The position numbers and the translations under genes are program-made. Source: Amoebophrya sp. A120 (lineage: Eukaryota; Protista; Dinoflagellata). Taken from it: a stretch of DNA of 64,000 nucleotides. Below the pieces are notes generated by a model. The model did no database searches and had not been told where the DNA came from. It saw only the letters and a program-made list of their open reading frames with translations. This document shows positions 39,586 through 51,700 of this stretch, in pieces. The stretch covers positions 437,023 through 501,022 of the forward strand of contig CAJINV010000014.1 of assembly GCA_905178155.1 (NCBI GenBank), in the 5' to 3' direction. How positions within the stretch are numbered: position 1 is the stretch's first letter; each line of letters opens with the position of its first letter.

Positions 39586-42500
39586 TTATACCCCCCACGC
39601 ACCTCCACCAGTTGCAGCAGGCGACTCGCCGTTGTCGAGACTGTACGGGCTAGGGCTACCGTATGTGGAGGCACCTTCCCCTCCGGAGCCTAAAGCATAG
39701 TAATGCTGTTCGGCGACCGGAGCAATATGCTGTTGGTGGTTGTATTGTTCGTACTGGTTCGACGGTGTGTAGGACGATGCTGCGCTTGGCGTCGGCGTTG
39801 CTGCCTGGCTATGATTGTTGTAGCCACTATAGCCAACATTGTGGTAACTATTATAGCTGCCCTGCCCCTGCTGCTGCTGGTCATAATGAAAATTATTATC
39901 ATACTGCCGCTGTTCCTGCTCCCAGTGCTCCCGTTGCTGTTCCTCCCACTGCCTCTGTTGTTCCCGTTGGTCTAGCCACTTCAAGTTTTTTTGCAACATC
40001 CGCTCCGTCCAAAAGTTATTAAGAGGAAAAATCCCCCCTCCCCATATCGAAAAGGTATGCTTCCGGAAATTTGTGATGCTGATTTGCGACCTCAAATCAC
40101 GTCTGTCTTGCAAGAAGGCAACTCGACAAGCTACGCAGCATTGTGCAGGCGGTTTGTGATGCTGATGGGCCTACAGCACGGACGTTTCTCATGCTAGACG
40201 CCTAGGCCAGAGCCTCTCTACTCAGGCTTAGTATGGGGCTGCATTCCTCTCCAGCAAGACAGATCTTATTTGTGTCCGCAAATCCTGCATCAGAAACTTC
40301 GTTTTGATATGGGGAGGGGGGAAGGGGATTTTTCCTGTTGATAAAAGTGCCGGTCTTGCACGACCCGAGCCTTGTACTTCTCGAACGTGCTACTGACGTA
40401 ATTATCCACAGTAAATTTCCCGTACACGTACAAATGCAGTCTCTGCATGACAAAACTTGCCTTCAGTCCTAGTCTAGCATGACAAGTTGGACACTGCAAG
40501 TTAGCGAAATTTGCCATGCATTTTGTACATGTACGGGATATTTACATTGCATAATAATGGAGTGCATTCACCACCTCTTCCATTCCATACCCATCGTAGT
40601 GCTCCTGCAACACCGCGCGTCCCTTCGGCGAAAAGTCGCAGGGTCGAAGGTGGTCAAAGAGGTAAGCCTGCAGCTTTTGTAGCAGAGGTGCGGCCGCAGC
40701 GGATGAGGATGTCGTCTTGGCCGCGCCGTTCTTTCCCGACACAGTGACCGGCTCCTGGGGTCCGACGTTCAGTGTGGTTTTCAAGAATTCCTCGAAGCTG
40801 TCCTCTTCGTTCGAGGTTTCGGTCAGCGCAGACAGCATGCTGTTCGGCTCCTCGAGCTGGATATTCACATGACTTTCGTTGTTTGCTGCACTTGATTCTT
40901 GTGGTCTTGTACCACCAGCGGCGAGGATGTCCTCGACAGAAGCTGCTTGTGAATGATCGCTTTCCAGATCATGACCGTCGGCACGACAAGTTGTACTTGT
41001 TCCGTCTTGTTTGCTCTTCTGTTCTTCCGCTGCGAGAAGTAGTACAACTTCGTTCTCCCTTTTCTCTTCGTACCCCAGTAAAATCGCTTTCCGCACGTGC
41101 TCAAACAGCCCGCCTGACAACGTTTTCACAAAATTCTGGTCTTCTTTGTAAGAACCTCCCCACAAGGTTTCGTAAATGGCCCTCTCGTATCAAATGTAAA
41201 AATGTCTGGGTCTGGAAAAATGCACGTTTGTCATGCTTGTCTGGCATGACTCTTTAAATCTGTCATGCACGTTACCCAAGAGCTTCGTTTTTCTGTGATG
41301 CAGAAACGCAGTTTGTCATGCAGAATAGGCAACACCTGGAAGCTCAGAAACTTGTGATGCTGAGCCAGCATTTGTGGCCTCAGCATGAGACGCCACCCAG
41401 CATCACAAGTTTCCAGACATCCAGGGATTTTTACATTTGATATCTCGACTGCACTGGACCCCGCCAACGTTGCGAAGTCAATCAGGCTGCCCAGGTCCCG
41501 CTCCGGGTTCGCCTATGGATGTGTCAGGATCGAAATCGACAAAATTGAAAGATTTGCGATGCATAAAATGTAGGGCACTTCTGAAGGCCTGTATTGGGGA
41601 GCAGGCAAATGGGACCGATTGCAAGCCTCTTTAGGGGTATGCAATGCGCTGCCAGAGTAGCTGCACGACAGGAGGAGTCTTCTTTGCCCAAACAGCATGA
41701 CAGACTGGATCTGGGTGCTCCCGAAATTTGTAATGCGCCACTTGGAAACTGAGGCTCTAACTGACATCGATTTTGTGCATCACAAGTTTTTCGATTTTGT
41801 CGATTTCGATCCTGACACATCCATATCGCCAATTTGCAGAGGATTCGCTCCACGGTGCGGATCAACACCGCGTTCTTGAACCTCTCCCGCTGTTCCTCCT
41901 GCAGTCTCTTCTCCCGCTCTTCCGGCTTTTCCTTACTCGTATTCGCCTCGAACATAGCGACGGCCCGGGACAAACCGACCACCCGAGACACGAACAAGGA
42001 CTCAAAGTGGCGCTTCATAGCCAGCAAGTAAGACACGTCGACCGCGGCGTACGCGAGTAGAATTCCCTGCATGGGCCGCTCGGCCCAGACGTGGTAGCCG
42101 CCGCCGCGGCGGGGGTCGTAGAGAGCTTTCCCGCGCTCCTTCAAATCGGAAAACACGTCGCCGAGGTTCACTTCTTGATGGTGTGCGTTATTTTGCTGGA
42201 GGTTCATCTGTTCTTCTTCTTGCGAAGATTTTTCATGATGGGCGTTTGAAGAAGCTGCATGCTTTTCTGGTGGTACAACCTGGTGGTCGCGACTTGTTCT
42301 ACTAGCGTCCTCGAGCAGATGAGGTTGCACAGAGTTCGGTCCAGGACTAGCACCGGAGCGGCCGGTCGTATGGCTACAACTAGGCGCAGGAGTTGTACTA
42401 CTAGTCGCCTCATCAAAGTACGCCCCGAGCGCTTTGGGCAAGCCTTTCAGGTGTCGCGCGTAGTTTTGCCCGACCGACTCGGATATGCAGTGTAAAAGTA

Positions 42501-45500
42501 TCGCACTCGTATAAATGCCAGACTAGCATGACAAATCTGGTTTCTTACGTATTTTAGCATGACAAACTCAATTTTCATGCTGAGGAAATTTGTAATGCAT
42601 TTATACGAGTACGATACTTTTGCAGTTCATATCGGAGAGCAGGAACGAGATCTGCAGGTCGTACACGTTCCGCGGCATCACGCCGAAGTGGAAAAACACT
42701 GCCTCAAAGTCCTGCCGGCAGTCGAAGAGTACTTTTTGGCACTGCTCGCTCTCCAGCACGGTTTTCAGGTTGGGGTAACAAATGTCGTCGTCAAACGCCT
42801 TCTTCTGCAGCTCCACGAGGTCGACCAGGTAGACGGTTTTCTCCGTTTTCAGAGTCGTGGGTGGAGATATAGATATTGTCGTACTAGCGGTGTTGCTGAC
42901 ACAAGAACTTGAGGTGCTGCTTCCGGTGTATTCATGAATTTGGTTGTACACGTCGGGGTTTTGGTCCCTGTGAGCAGGGTCCAAGCAGAACGGCCCGTCT
43001 TTGATTTCCGTTTCCACGGTTTCCTCCACCATGATCTGCATCAGGCACACCTCGCCGGACTTTCCCAACTCCACGCCCTCGACGTCCATACCAAGCAGGC
43101 GGAAGGGCTCCTCTCGTGAGGACGATGCTGTTGCTAGCCCACGACCAGGGTCTTGATCTTCGGTAGTTCCTGTTCTACTTGTCGTATCTCCTTTTATTAC
43201 AGAACGAACAGAGGATGAAGATGCATCACCTTCGGTCGTAACGGAGGTGGTAATCAAAGAACCTTTATTCTTGTCGTCCTTCGGCGAAGTAGATGTAGAT
43301 CTAGAAGGAGTTGCCAACAATCTTTCCGCCAGCTTCTGGACTCCAATCACCGACCCCACCCAGACTATCCGCGGCAGGTGAGCGCGCCAAATTTTCTCCT
43401 GCTCAGAGATCTTTTGCCTCTCCGCCTCCGCATCGAGGAGCTCAGAAGATGCAAAAGCGCCATTTGGCAAGTTTGCTGCAGCTGCACCATTCAGCTGCAC
43501 CCTTTTCAGCAGCTCATCTGTCTTTCTCCTGGATTCCGGGGAGTAGGGCAAAAACCCGCTCGAAGGATTATTTGAAGATGTAGTCGTTTCCACTCCTGCT
43601 CTTTGTCGTTGATGCGCCGACGTCGTCGAGGAAAAGTCGCGCAAATCCAGTTTCTTCGGCATCGGCGGTCTCTCGAATTTCGGGCTCTCGAGCTCTTTCC
43701 CGGTTCGACGATCGATGATTTTGGCGAAAAAAGCCGCGTGAAGAAACCCCTTCGCGTCTCCGGGCGTTAGGAAAACCCCGTTGCGCGCCTGAAAAAAACG
43801 GAGTCCCGCCTTCAGCGCCAACGCAAAATCCACACAAATGATCGCGTCGCAGTCGTCGCGCATGCCGGATATTACGGTTTTTGTGGTTGATGGGGTGGGT
43901 GCTGTTGAGGTAATCATTTTCGACGTATTACTGGAGGTCAACGCAGACGTTGGCTTTGTTACGATTTGAGAACGTCCTTCATGGCCTTCGGCTGCAGCAC
44001 TAGCAACAGACGAGTCCTCGGGCTTCATCTTCTCGGTAGGGGGCTGAGCCTCTTGATGAGGTGGATCTGCTTCTTCTTTCACCTCCTCGTCCTTCATCTT
44101 GAAAAACCCCAGATCTTCCTCGTCTGGGCTATCTCGTCCAGAAGATGACTTGGCAAAGAAGTGAATGTGCTGCCTGGACATTCGGGAAAGACCACCGGAG
44201 GATAAGATATCCGGAATGACGGCGAGGTAGGTTCCGTGGTAAAGGAGGGGGGTGGAAGACGAAGTAGCTGTTGGGGGCCCGTTCTTGCTGCTGCTTGGTA
44301 CCACATCGTTCTTTTCGTTTTCAACACCAGCACCGCGAGGGGCTACCTCTGATGAAAAAGCGGAAAACACGGGCGTCATCAAGGCTTCCTCGTTGATCAT
44401 GTGGTCCGGCAGGCTGTGGCCCTGCACAGCTCGGACGAACCAAGCGTGCTGCTGGTCTTTTTCACCTCCACGACCTCCCGCAGCAGTAGGAGCGTCGTCA
44501 TCTTCTTCGCCTGGAGGTCGTGCCTCTTCATCTACATTTTCTTGCCCAAGAACATCTACGACTTCTTCCCGGTGCAGCAGCTGAAACCGCTGCTTGTCAT
44601 TGTGAACGCACACCCAATAGAGCTCCTCGAATGTCAGAGGCACCACGACCGGAGGAGCTGTGTCTTCAACCTTGTTCTGTGTGAGATCCGCATTCGTACT
44701 AGTACCCGCCGTACTGGTGACATAATTTTGTGTCTTGCTTGTTTGCTGTTCAACTTCAAGCCCTTTGGTCGTTTTAGTTCTACTAGCACCACTTGTACTA
44801 GTACACCTGACTATCTCCGGCATACCCAGGAAGCCTCTGTAGCAGTCCAGTAAGTGTCCGCAGTGCACATACCCATCTTTTGAAATCTTCAGCTTCTGCC
44901 GGTCCGCGCGGTGTCTCAGCGTGGCGGTAAGTTCCCTGCTCACCCATTCGCCTCGGCCTTGCGGGATCTTGTTGTACGCCGATCCGCGGCCCGCAGGGGT
45001 GTAAGCGGTGATGGAGAGGGAAACTAAAACTATTTGTATTTTTCCGGCGTGCTCTCGTGCGTTATTTGTTTCTGCACCATCTTCACAGCCCGACACAACA
45101 GTCCACTCCGCCTGCTCGGGCGGGCAGTAGACTTTTGCGCCGTTCACGTAGACAAAAGCCTCGGATTCCGGCACGGTAGTCGTAAGGATGGTTTTTGTCG
45201 TGATAGACACATCCGGGCTGCTCGGCGCGGAGAGCGGTTCTTTCACAGGAGCACTCGAGGTGGTGGAGGACATCAAAGCAGTCGTACTGTCAGTAACAGT
45301 GTCGCTCGTGGTGGTACCTTTGCACTGCACGCAATCCTCGAGTAGCTCCCACAGAACGAACTGTTGGTGTTGATTTTGGGGACCAGGTTTTACTTGTGGC
45401 GTTCTTTTAATATCATCTTCTTCCGCACGGGGACAGGAACTGCTTGACGCTGACGAGGAGGAGGCAGCAACTTCTAGTACTCCTGCCGGTCGTACGGACT

Positions 45501-46515
45501 CTGGCTCTGCCTGCCTCGGTATTTCCTCATGATCAGCTAGAACAATCTTGGCCTCCAGGCGGTACGGGTACTCGTGGTAGGCTCTGGATCCACTGCTGTA
45601 CAGCCACTGTCCCGTGAGCGCAGATTGGAGGCGATGGAGGAGCAATGGATCAGGAGGCTCCTGTGCTGGTGAGTGCTGGTCCGTGGCGTTGGAAGTAGAA
45701 CCGTTAGCCCTGCTTGAGGTGGAGGAAGATACAGATACTGCAGTGGCGTTAGTCGTTTCTGGTATCGTCTTCACCGCACAGATCTGCACCCCTGCGTGAC
45801 TCGAATGGCGCCAACTCAGCGACGGACCGATCATCTTTTGCTGCCTACTTTTTATTGCAGGTGTGACAGGGCCCTGAGGCTCTTGCGAATCAACTGGACC
45901 TTGATCGTTTTTAGTTGCGGAGGGCTGGTTGGTACAACCATTGTTTCCTGGCGCGAAAGAACGCGAAGATCTTGCTCCGACTTCTATGGCAGTACCAACA
46001 TGCTGTGGCTCCTGTGCAGGCGCGGCATCTTCAGACACGACCCCAAGAACGTTTGAAGATGTCGCCCCAAGAACGTCTTTCCGTTCAACCGCCGCAAACC
46101 TTCGCGACCACTCAGCCACGGCCTGGAACTCTGGCGTGTTTTTTTTCGGTCTTGCTACCCTCCCCGTCGACTTGTAGCACTCAGCGTCCGCTCGGTGCAG
46201 GAAAAGGCCAAAGATCCCGGTAGTACGTGACTCTGCATACATCACGCCGGAACTTTTCGCCACTTCCTTTAGCACCGTCCGCTCGCCAGTGTTCAGGTGG
46301 CGGCTTGGGGGGAAAAGGTAATGGATGATCTTCGGTGCTTGTTGATCTTCGCCAATGCATTTGCCGTTGTCGGTTGATGTTCCGGCTGTCTCCGGAGGTC
46401 CTCTGTGGTCATCTTGCTGCAGCTTAGGCTTCAGCTTGTTTTCATCTTTTTCGTCTCTTCCTTGCTGCAGCAGGCGGCTGCATGTCGCCTTGATTTCTTC
46501 CCGGAAATCCGTCAT
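39586..46515 (-). CDS. TPT1: Fusion protein: R3H-like + Tpt1/KptA RNA 2'-phosphotransferase + DEDDy (EXD1/Egalitarian-like) 3'-5' exonuclease + Q/Y/N-rich tail; 6 exons, ~1,915 aa
   Basis: Tpt1 motifs SRELTATLRH, DGYV, NDKQRF, VRAVQGHS, YHGT, GLSRMSRQHIHF, SGMR, NGVFLT (~43690-44950). Exonuclease motifs I DVEG, II FDCRQD, III YAAVDV plus VYDLQI and WAERPM (~42010-43100). R3H-like FPPSRHLNTGERTVLKEVAKSSGV…ES (~46200-46330). Five TIR introns removed in frame. Confidence 0.88.
40017..40343. mobile_element. Introner, TAT…ATA type, 5-bp TSD AAAGT
   Basis: tattaagaggaaaaatcccc…ccccatatc and gatatgggg…ggggatttttcctgttgata; AAAGT at 40012-40016 and 40344-40348; excision gives VVQDRHF|WTERMLQK. Confidence 0.85.
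40410..40545. mobile_element. Introner, CCCGTAC family
   Basis: gtaaatttcccgtacacgtacaaatgca and tgcattttgtacatgtacgggatatttac; removing 135 or 138 nt joins HYYAM to DNYVSSTFEKYK. Confidence 0.75.
41188..41442. mobile_element. Introner, TAT…ATA type, 5-bp TSD TCTCG
   Basis: tatcaaatgtaaaaat and atttttacatttgata; TCTCG at 41183-41187 and 41443-41447; excision gives SAVE|RAIYETLWGG. Confidence 0.9.
41514..41825. mobile_element. Introner, TAT…ATA type, ~37-bp TIR, 5-bp TSD TCGCC; can splice as GC-AG
   Basis: tatggatgtgtcaggatcgaaatcgacaaaat and attttgtcgatttcgatcctgacacatccata; TCGCC at 41509-41513 and 41826-41830; excision gives LCKL|ANPERDLG. Confidence 0.92.
42491..42626. mobile_element. 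Introner, TGCAAAAG family, inside the exonuclease domain
   Basis: tgtaaaagtatcgcactcgtataaatgc and gcatttatacgagtacgatacttttgca; direct repeat TGCAGT at 42486-42491 and 42621-42626; removing 135 nt gives DMNC|ISESVGQNYARHLKGL. Confidence 0.88.
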
Positions 46516-47563
46516 GATATTTCTATCGTGCTCCGGAGTGAATTTTTAGAATTACTACACGTTATAGGTCGGGTGAAACTGGAGCCGGATGAATTGAATG
46601 GTAAAGAAGTACGTCGCGTTCCGCCGAAGTGAAACTAACTACATAGTTGCTAAGCGTCGATCGAGTTTAGAAAAAACTACTTAAAACAGCAGCAAAACGA
46701 ATTTTGATGATGAATGTCGCTGAGATTTCTGTACACGCTGTTTATCATGGCCAGGAACAGGATGTGGTGACCGCTCTTTCGAAGTAGAGGACTTTACTAT
46801 GAGGCGAACTACATCTTGTAGGTGCCGTGCAAAAAGTGTTGTAGTGCTAGGCCAATTTTTTCTGTACCAAGATCTACTTCTGGAGATCCTCATTTTCAAC
46901 CAAAAAATCTAGCAAGTCAGATGAGCTCCAGCACCGGTCGACGAGGGTCTTCACAACTGTTGCAGCCACGATCGTGAGTTGTTGGTGTGCGGAGGTGCAA
47001 TCTTCATCACAGTGCGATCTTCTCACTCTTGTTGTTCGTCGAAGATGATCTCGTTATAGGGAAGAACAAGACCACCACCCTTTGAATTTGATGGAAACGA
47101 TGTAGACCAAGCAATCTGAAAAATCCACACGACGACGATGCCGAGAGGCAGAAAAAACAATATGGCGCAACCTTCTTCGGTACTGTAGTAGCTACCAAGG
47201 TTTTTCTGCCGAGAGGCAGAAAAAACAAACACTGAGGAGCTGAGAAGACCACGAAATCAGAGAGTCAATGCGGTACGAACAAAGTATTGTATTCATTTTG
47301 ATTTTCATGAGATTGTTGACAAGAAAATAACAGGACTCTTAACGTCAGCAGACGTCCAACCACCTGCAGAGTTTGTTAGCAGTGGGAATTTTGCTGAAAG
47401 TGAAAGAATGCAGTATCTATTTAGCTCGTTCATCATCATGTATAGAAGATGAGGCCGCGCACCCACAACAACTTGCCGCACTACATGTTGCGGGAATTCA
47501 TTTTCACGACCCAGCAACAGTACGACTTGTCGTGTCATCAGAAGTCTTGTCACCAAAACATGA

Positions 47564-48733
47564 TCACACTTGAAACGGGTGTTTGTTCCTGACTACTACG
47601 GCTTTCTGTGGTCTGGTTCGACTGATTCTCAGCAGCACGAATCGTGCTCGACGTCGACATGATTTTGCAAAAGATCAAATAAATCCTAAGCAACAAGAAG
47701 AAATACCCAGAAAGATGGTATCACACTCAAAGCACTGCTCGTCCGAAAATGTGTTCAGAATGCTAGCGTCAAGAGTAAGTAGCTTGCATTTAACACTGTA
47801 TCACGTCGTTGTCGTAGTCGCAACTAGTAGAGTTATGCGTGATATCGACGTCGCGATTAATGCGAGTTCACGCACAAAAGCGGGAAGCCATAGAATTAGA
47901 AAGTAGAAGAAAAAAATCAGTCTAAAAGCAAAAACAATGCTATTGATGAGATCTAAATAGGTAATTGACTCGGAGCACCCGCGAGCTGTGAAGACAATCA
48001 CAATTATACCGCCTGAAGAACCAACTCCAATGAGGTTTTGATGTCAACAAGTCATTAGTGAGACGGATGGCCATTCGCCTTTGCTCATGATCTATATCTT
48101 TTTTGTGGATCATCATGCATACACATTCGGAAAGTCTGTCTCTGTCTCTCTGTTCTTCGAGAAAAAAAATCACAATGTTGAGATCCAAACGCCTTGTTCG
48201 CTTTCCCCTTAGATCATCGTTCTGCGTCTTCTACAATATAGTTCTTTCCAGATTCTACATCGGGTTCGGGACTGAGCGAGGAAAAGCGTTTCTTTTACCA
48301 CATCAAGGCGATAAGTTGAGAAATCAACATTGGGTTTTGGAAATCAAAAATTCGCTTCGACGAAATATCTTTTTCCAACACTCGCTGATGTAGGAGAACA
48401 GATTCCTCACGGCAGCGGCTGAAGCATCTCTGGGGGTGCCAGTGCTTTAGAAGAAAGCGCAGAAAGCAGGGTGCTGTGCCCGTTTTCAAATTGAAGACGG
48501 GAACAGTGCCTTGCTGCTCGTTACGATTAACTCAGCCTCCTCGACTTAGCTGGTTTTTTCTACTATCGCTTTTGTTTCTCCGACCGAGCAAAAGTAGGCA
48601 GACCTCACCTCTCTTCTGTTAATTTCAATGGTCACTGCATTTGTCCTAACAAGACAGACATTCACGAGCCTAGTAATCCTCACACTTGAAACGGGTGTTT
48701 GTTCCTCACTACTACGGCTTTCTGTGGTCTGGT
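47564..48733. repeat. 54-bp direct repeat pair (47564-47617 and 48680-48733) duplicating the last 17 codons and stop of the NEK gene
   Basis: One mismatch, synonymous (Val GTG/GTC); both read TRPQKAVVVRNKHPFQV*. Confidence 0.9.
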
Positions 48734-51700
48734 CTTCGCGCTTTTCGGTGACCTCGAAGCGGATGAGCCGGCAGTCGAATTTTTGTACAACTTTCCGTCT
48801 GTTGCTGCAGCGGCGCCAAGGGCGAAATTAGTATCCGGGTGCGGCATTTGTTGCGCCGCGGCCATTTCATTTGAAGATACCACGTTGGCTCCTGCTGTGG
48901 GTTGCTGATATTGTTGCTTTGCTTTTGCACCTTTCATCGTCGGGTGAGGCAGCGGCAATTCCAGATTCTGTTCAGCTGCGGAGGTGGAGCCGCCACCAGC
49001 ACCTGCGGTCGTGTAAAAATACGGAGGCTGCTGCTGCAGACCACCGCTCGACGAGTCGTGTGATGCTACCTGGTCGGAGTCGGAAGCCCCTGCTGCGAGA
49101 GGGAGTTCAGCAACTACGCCAGCGGTTGTTGTTTCACCGACATAATTTAATGCTCCAGGAGCGGCCCCACCCCCGCCCTCTTTCTGATGTTCCTCCCCGC
49201 CGATAGAAACTTCCTGCAGCCGGTATTGCAGAGACTCGATCGTCATCTGCGACTTGTTGATAGCATTCATGCAGGCCTCAATCTGGGCGTGAATCGAAGC
49301 AATCTCATGTCTCCGGGTTCGTGACCTGGAGCTCGTCGCCCGACTCACGGTGTTCATCTTCGTACTCTGCGACGTTTGATGTCGTGGCCCACCTCGCTCT
49401 GGCAGTACCTCTGGCGCTTCGTGCTGGTGCTGATGTGGTGGGGCTCCTACACCCGCTCGTGGTCCAGGGGAGCCTTGCACATGCTTATGCTGCTGCTGCA
49501 TTCGATGCTGTGATGAAGGAGACTGATGCGGCAAACCTGCGACGTTGTCGTGAAGACTAGCTGCAGCTTTATATCCCGCCGCGGGGCCCGCAAAAAGTGA
49601 TGTCCCGTCGTCGGAGAAAACGGGGCTGAGCGGTTCCGGTTCGATGGGCATTTTGGTGGCAAAATTTGCCGTGTTCGGGGGCGAGTTCATCACTTTCGGG
49701 CGGCACGACGAAAACGGATTTCGCAGGTTCTCGTCGGAAATGTGCGCAAACTCGGTTTTCAGCGCTTCCTCCTCCCCGGTTGGTTTGTGGTTGGTGGCGG
49801 CTAGTAGATTATTGCTTTGCAAGTGATTATTTGCAGCTTCTGCAGCAGTTCCAACATCCGTAGCACCAGGATGTTGCCCACCACCACTCCGCGCCGGATC
49901 TAGTACGTGATCTACTTCTCCCCCACTTCTTGGCTCTTGCTGGTCCTGCGTTGTACTACTACTGCCTCTATACGCATTGGGTTCGTCCATTTCCCCCGCG
50001 CCCGCACCATTCAGCGTCCACTGAAGCGAGTTGTCATAGTTTACCACCCGTTGGTCCGGGCTCGTGCTGCGCGTCTGGTTTATGTTGTTACTGCCCATCT
50101 CCTGCCACCAGTGCCGGTGTTGGGACTGCTATCCTGTGCAAAAGTATCGCACTCGTAGTGAAAATTGCAATCATGCATTACAAATCTTGTTCCCATGGCA
50201 AATCTGCATTACAAATTTCATTTCTCATGCTGAGGAAATTTGTAATGCATTTATACGAGTACGATGCTTTTGCAATTCATAACTGCTTTCCGCGAGCGAA
50301 TTTCTGGTCCACATTGTACTTCGGCGACATGGACATAGACTGGTTTTGGTTGTACTGTGGCTGGGTGTAGGGATTCATCGGGTTATTTTGGTTTTGATTC
50401 TGCATTTGGACGAGTTGCTGATGCTGCTGTACCGCCGGACTGTGATTCATCTGCTGGTGCTGCTGGTGGTGCAACCCCCCGCCTCGCAAAACCGGGGACT
50501 GGGAAGAAAACTGCCGCTGTTGTTGGTCTGCTTGCGGGGGTCCAGCAGCAGGCTCCTGCACCAGGTAAGGATTGTAGTTGTCCTGGTAGGTCGTGGTAGG
50601 CGAAAGTGGATGAAGATGTTGATCTGCTGGTGGATATTGAGGGTCAAGAACACCGGTAGTCGAATTGCAAGGCGGCTCGCCAACAACTCCACCTCTATCC
50701 GGCATGCTGTGTCCCCACTTGTCGCTGATCGCTCTTCTCCTCGCCTGCTCCGCTTCGTAAGCGTTCGCTGCCTGAATGTACCGCGCTTCCTGCTCGTACC
50801 TGTGCCGCGCGCTCTGCTCCTTGTACTGCTTTTCCCAGAGAATCTTCTCCTGCTGCGAGCGAAACTGATAGTTGTTCACACCTTGTTGCTGCGGACTCAG
50901 TTGCAGGTGCGGTGGTTGCGAGTGGTTCTGATTTTGATTTATTTGCGGATGATGTGCAGTATTAGCTGCATTTTGGTGTAATGACTCTCCAGGAAGCGGT
51001 ACGGCGACGGTCGTTGTGTCTTCGTTGTTGCCCCCGCCCGCACCGAAATTGTTCGCTGAGCTACTCGTGTAGTCGTCCTCATCTGAGTCCAAGTCCGACC
51101 GGGAACTGCTGCAACTGTCGTCCTCCCCATCCTCGCCGACTTTCAAACTCAGCAGAGTCCGCTTCGTCTCCTCCAAGCAGCGCAGCTGCTCCTCTTGCTT
51201 CGCACGCTCCTGTTTCAGCCGTAAAAGCTTGTTCTGGATGTTCTGCAGGTCGCGCGCCACCTGCTCCTGCACCTTCCTCTGCGCCTGCTGTTCCTGGTGC
51301 TGGTGCTGGCCTGCGAGACCACCGGGCACAGGGGGTCCGTGCTGGTGTTGCTCGCGGTGGTTGATGTTGCTGTTCACCTGGTTGTCTATTTTTCCCGCTG
51401 CGCCTTTATTGTTGTTGCCTTCCTGCTGTTGGTCACGATCGTTGCCTGGCGGCCCTCCGGGTGCAGCTCCAGCAGGTCCAGCATTTGGTACTACCTGTCC
51501 ACCAGCTGCACCTCCCGGCCCGCTTCCCCCGCCCCGCGGCGCTACCAGCTGCCCGAGGCCCAAGCTCGAAAACTGGTCGACGTACATGGCCTGCAGCTCC
51601 TGTCTCTCAGCGCTGTCGTAGGAACTCCCGCAAACCACCATTTTGATCATGGTTTTGATTTTGCGCCGGATGATCGGCAGGTGCAGCATCTCGCTGATGC

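Noticed and set aside
47140-47230. ~20-bp direct repeat ccgagaggcagaaaaaacaa
   Set aside because: Isolated short intergenic duplication with no further structure.
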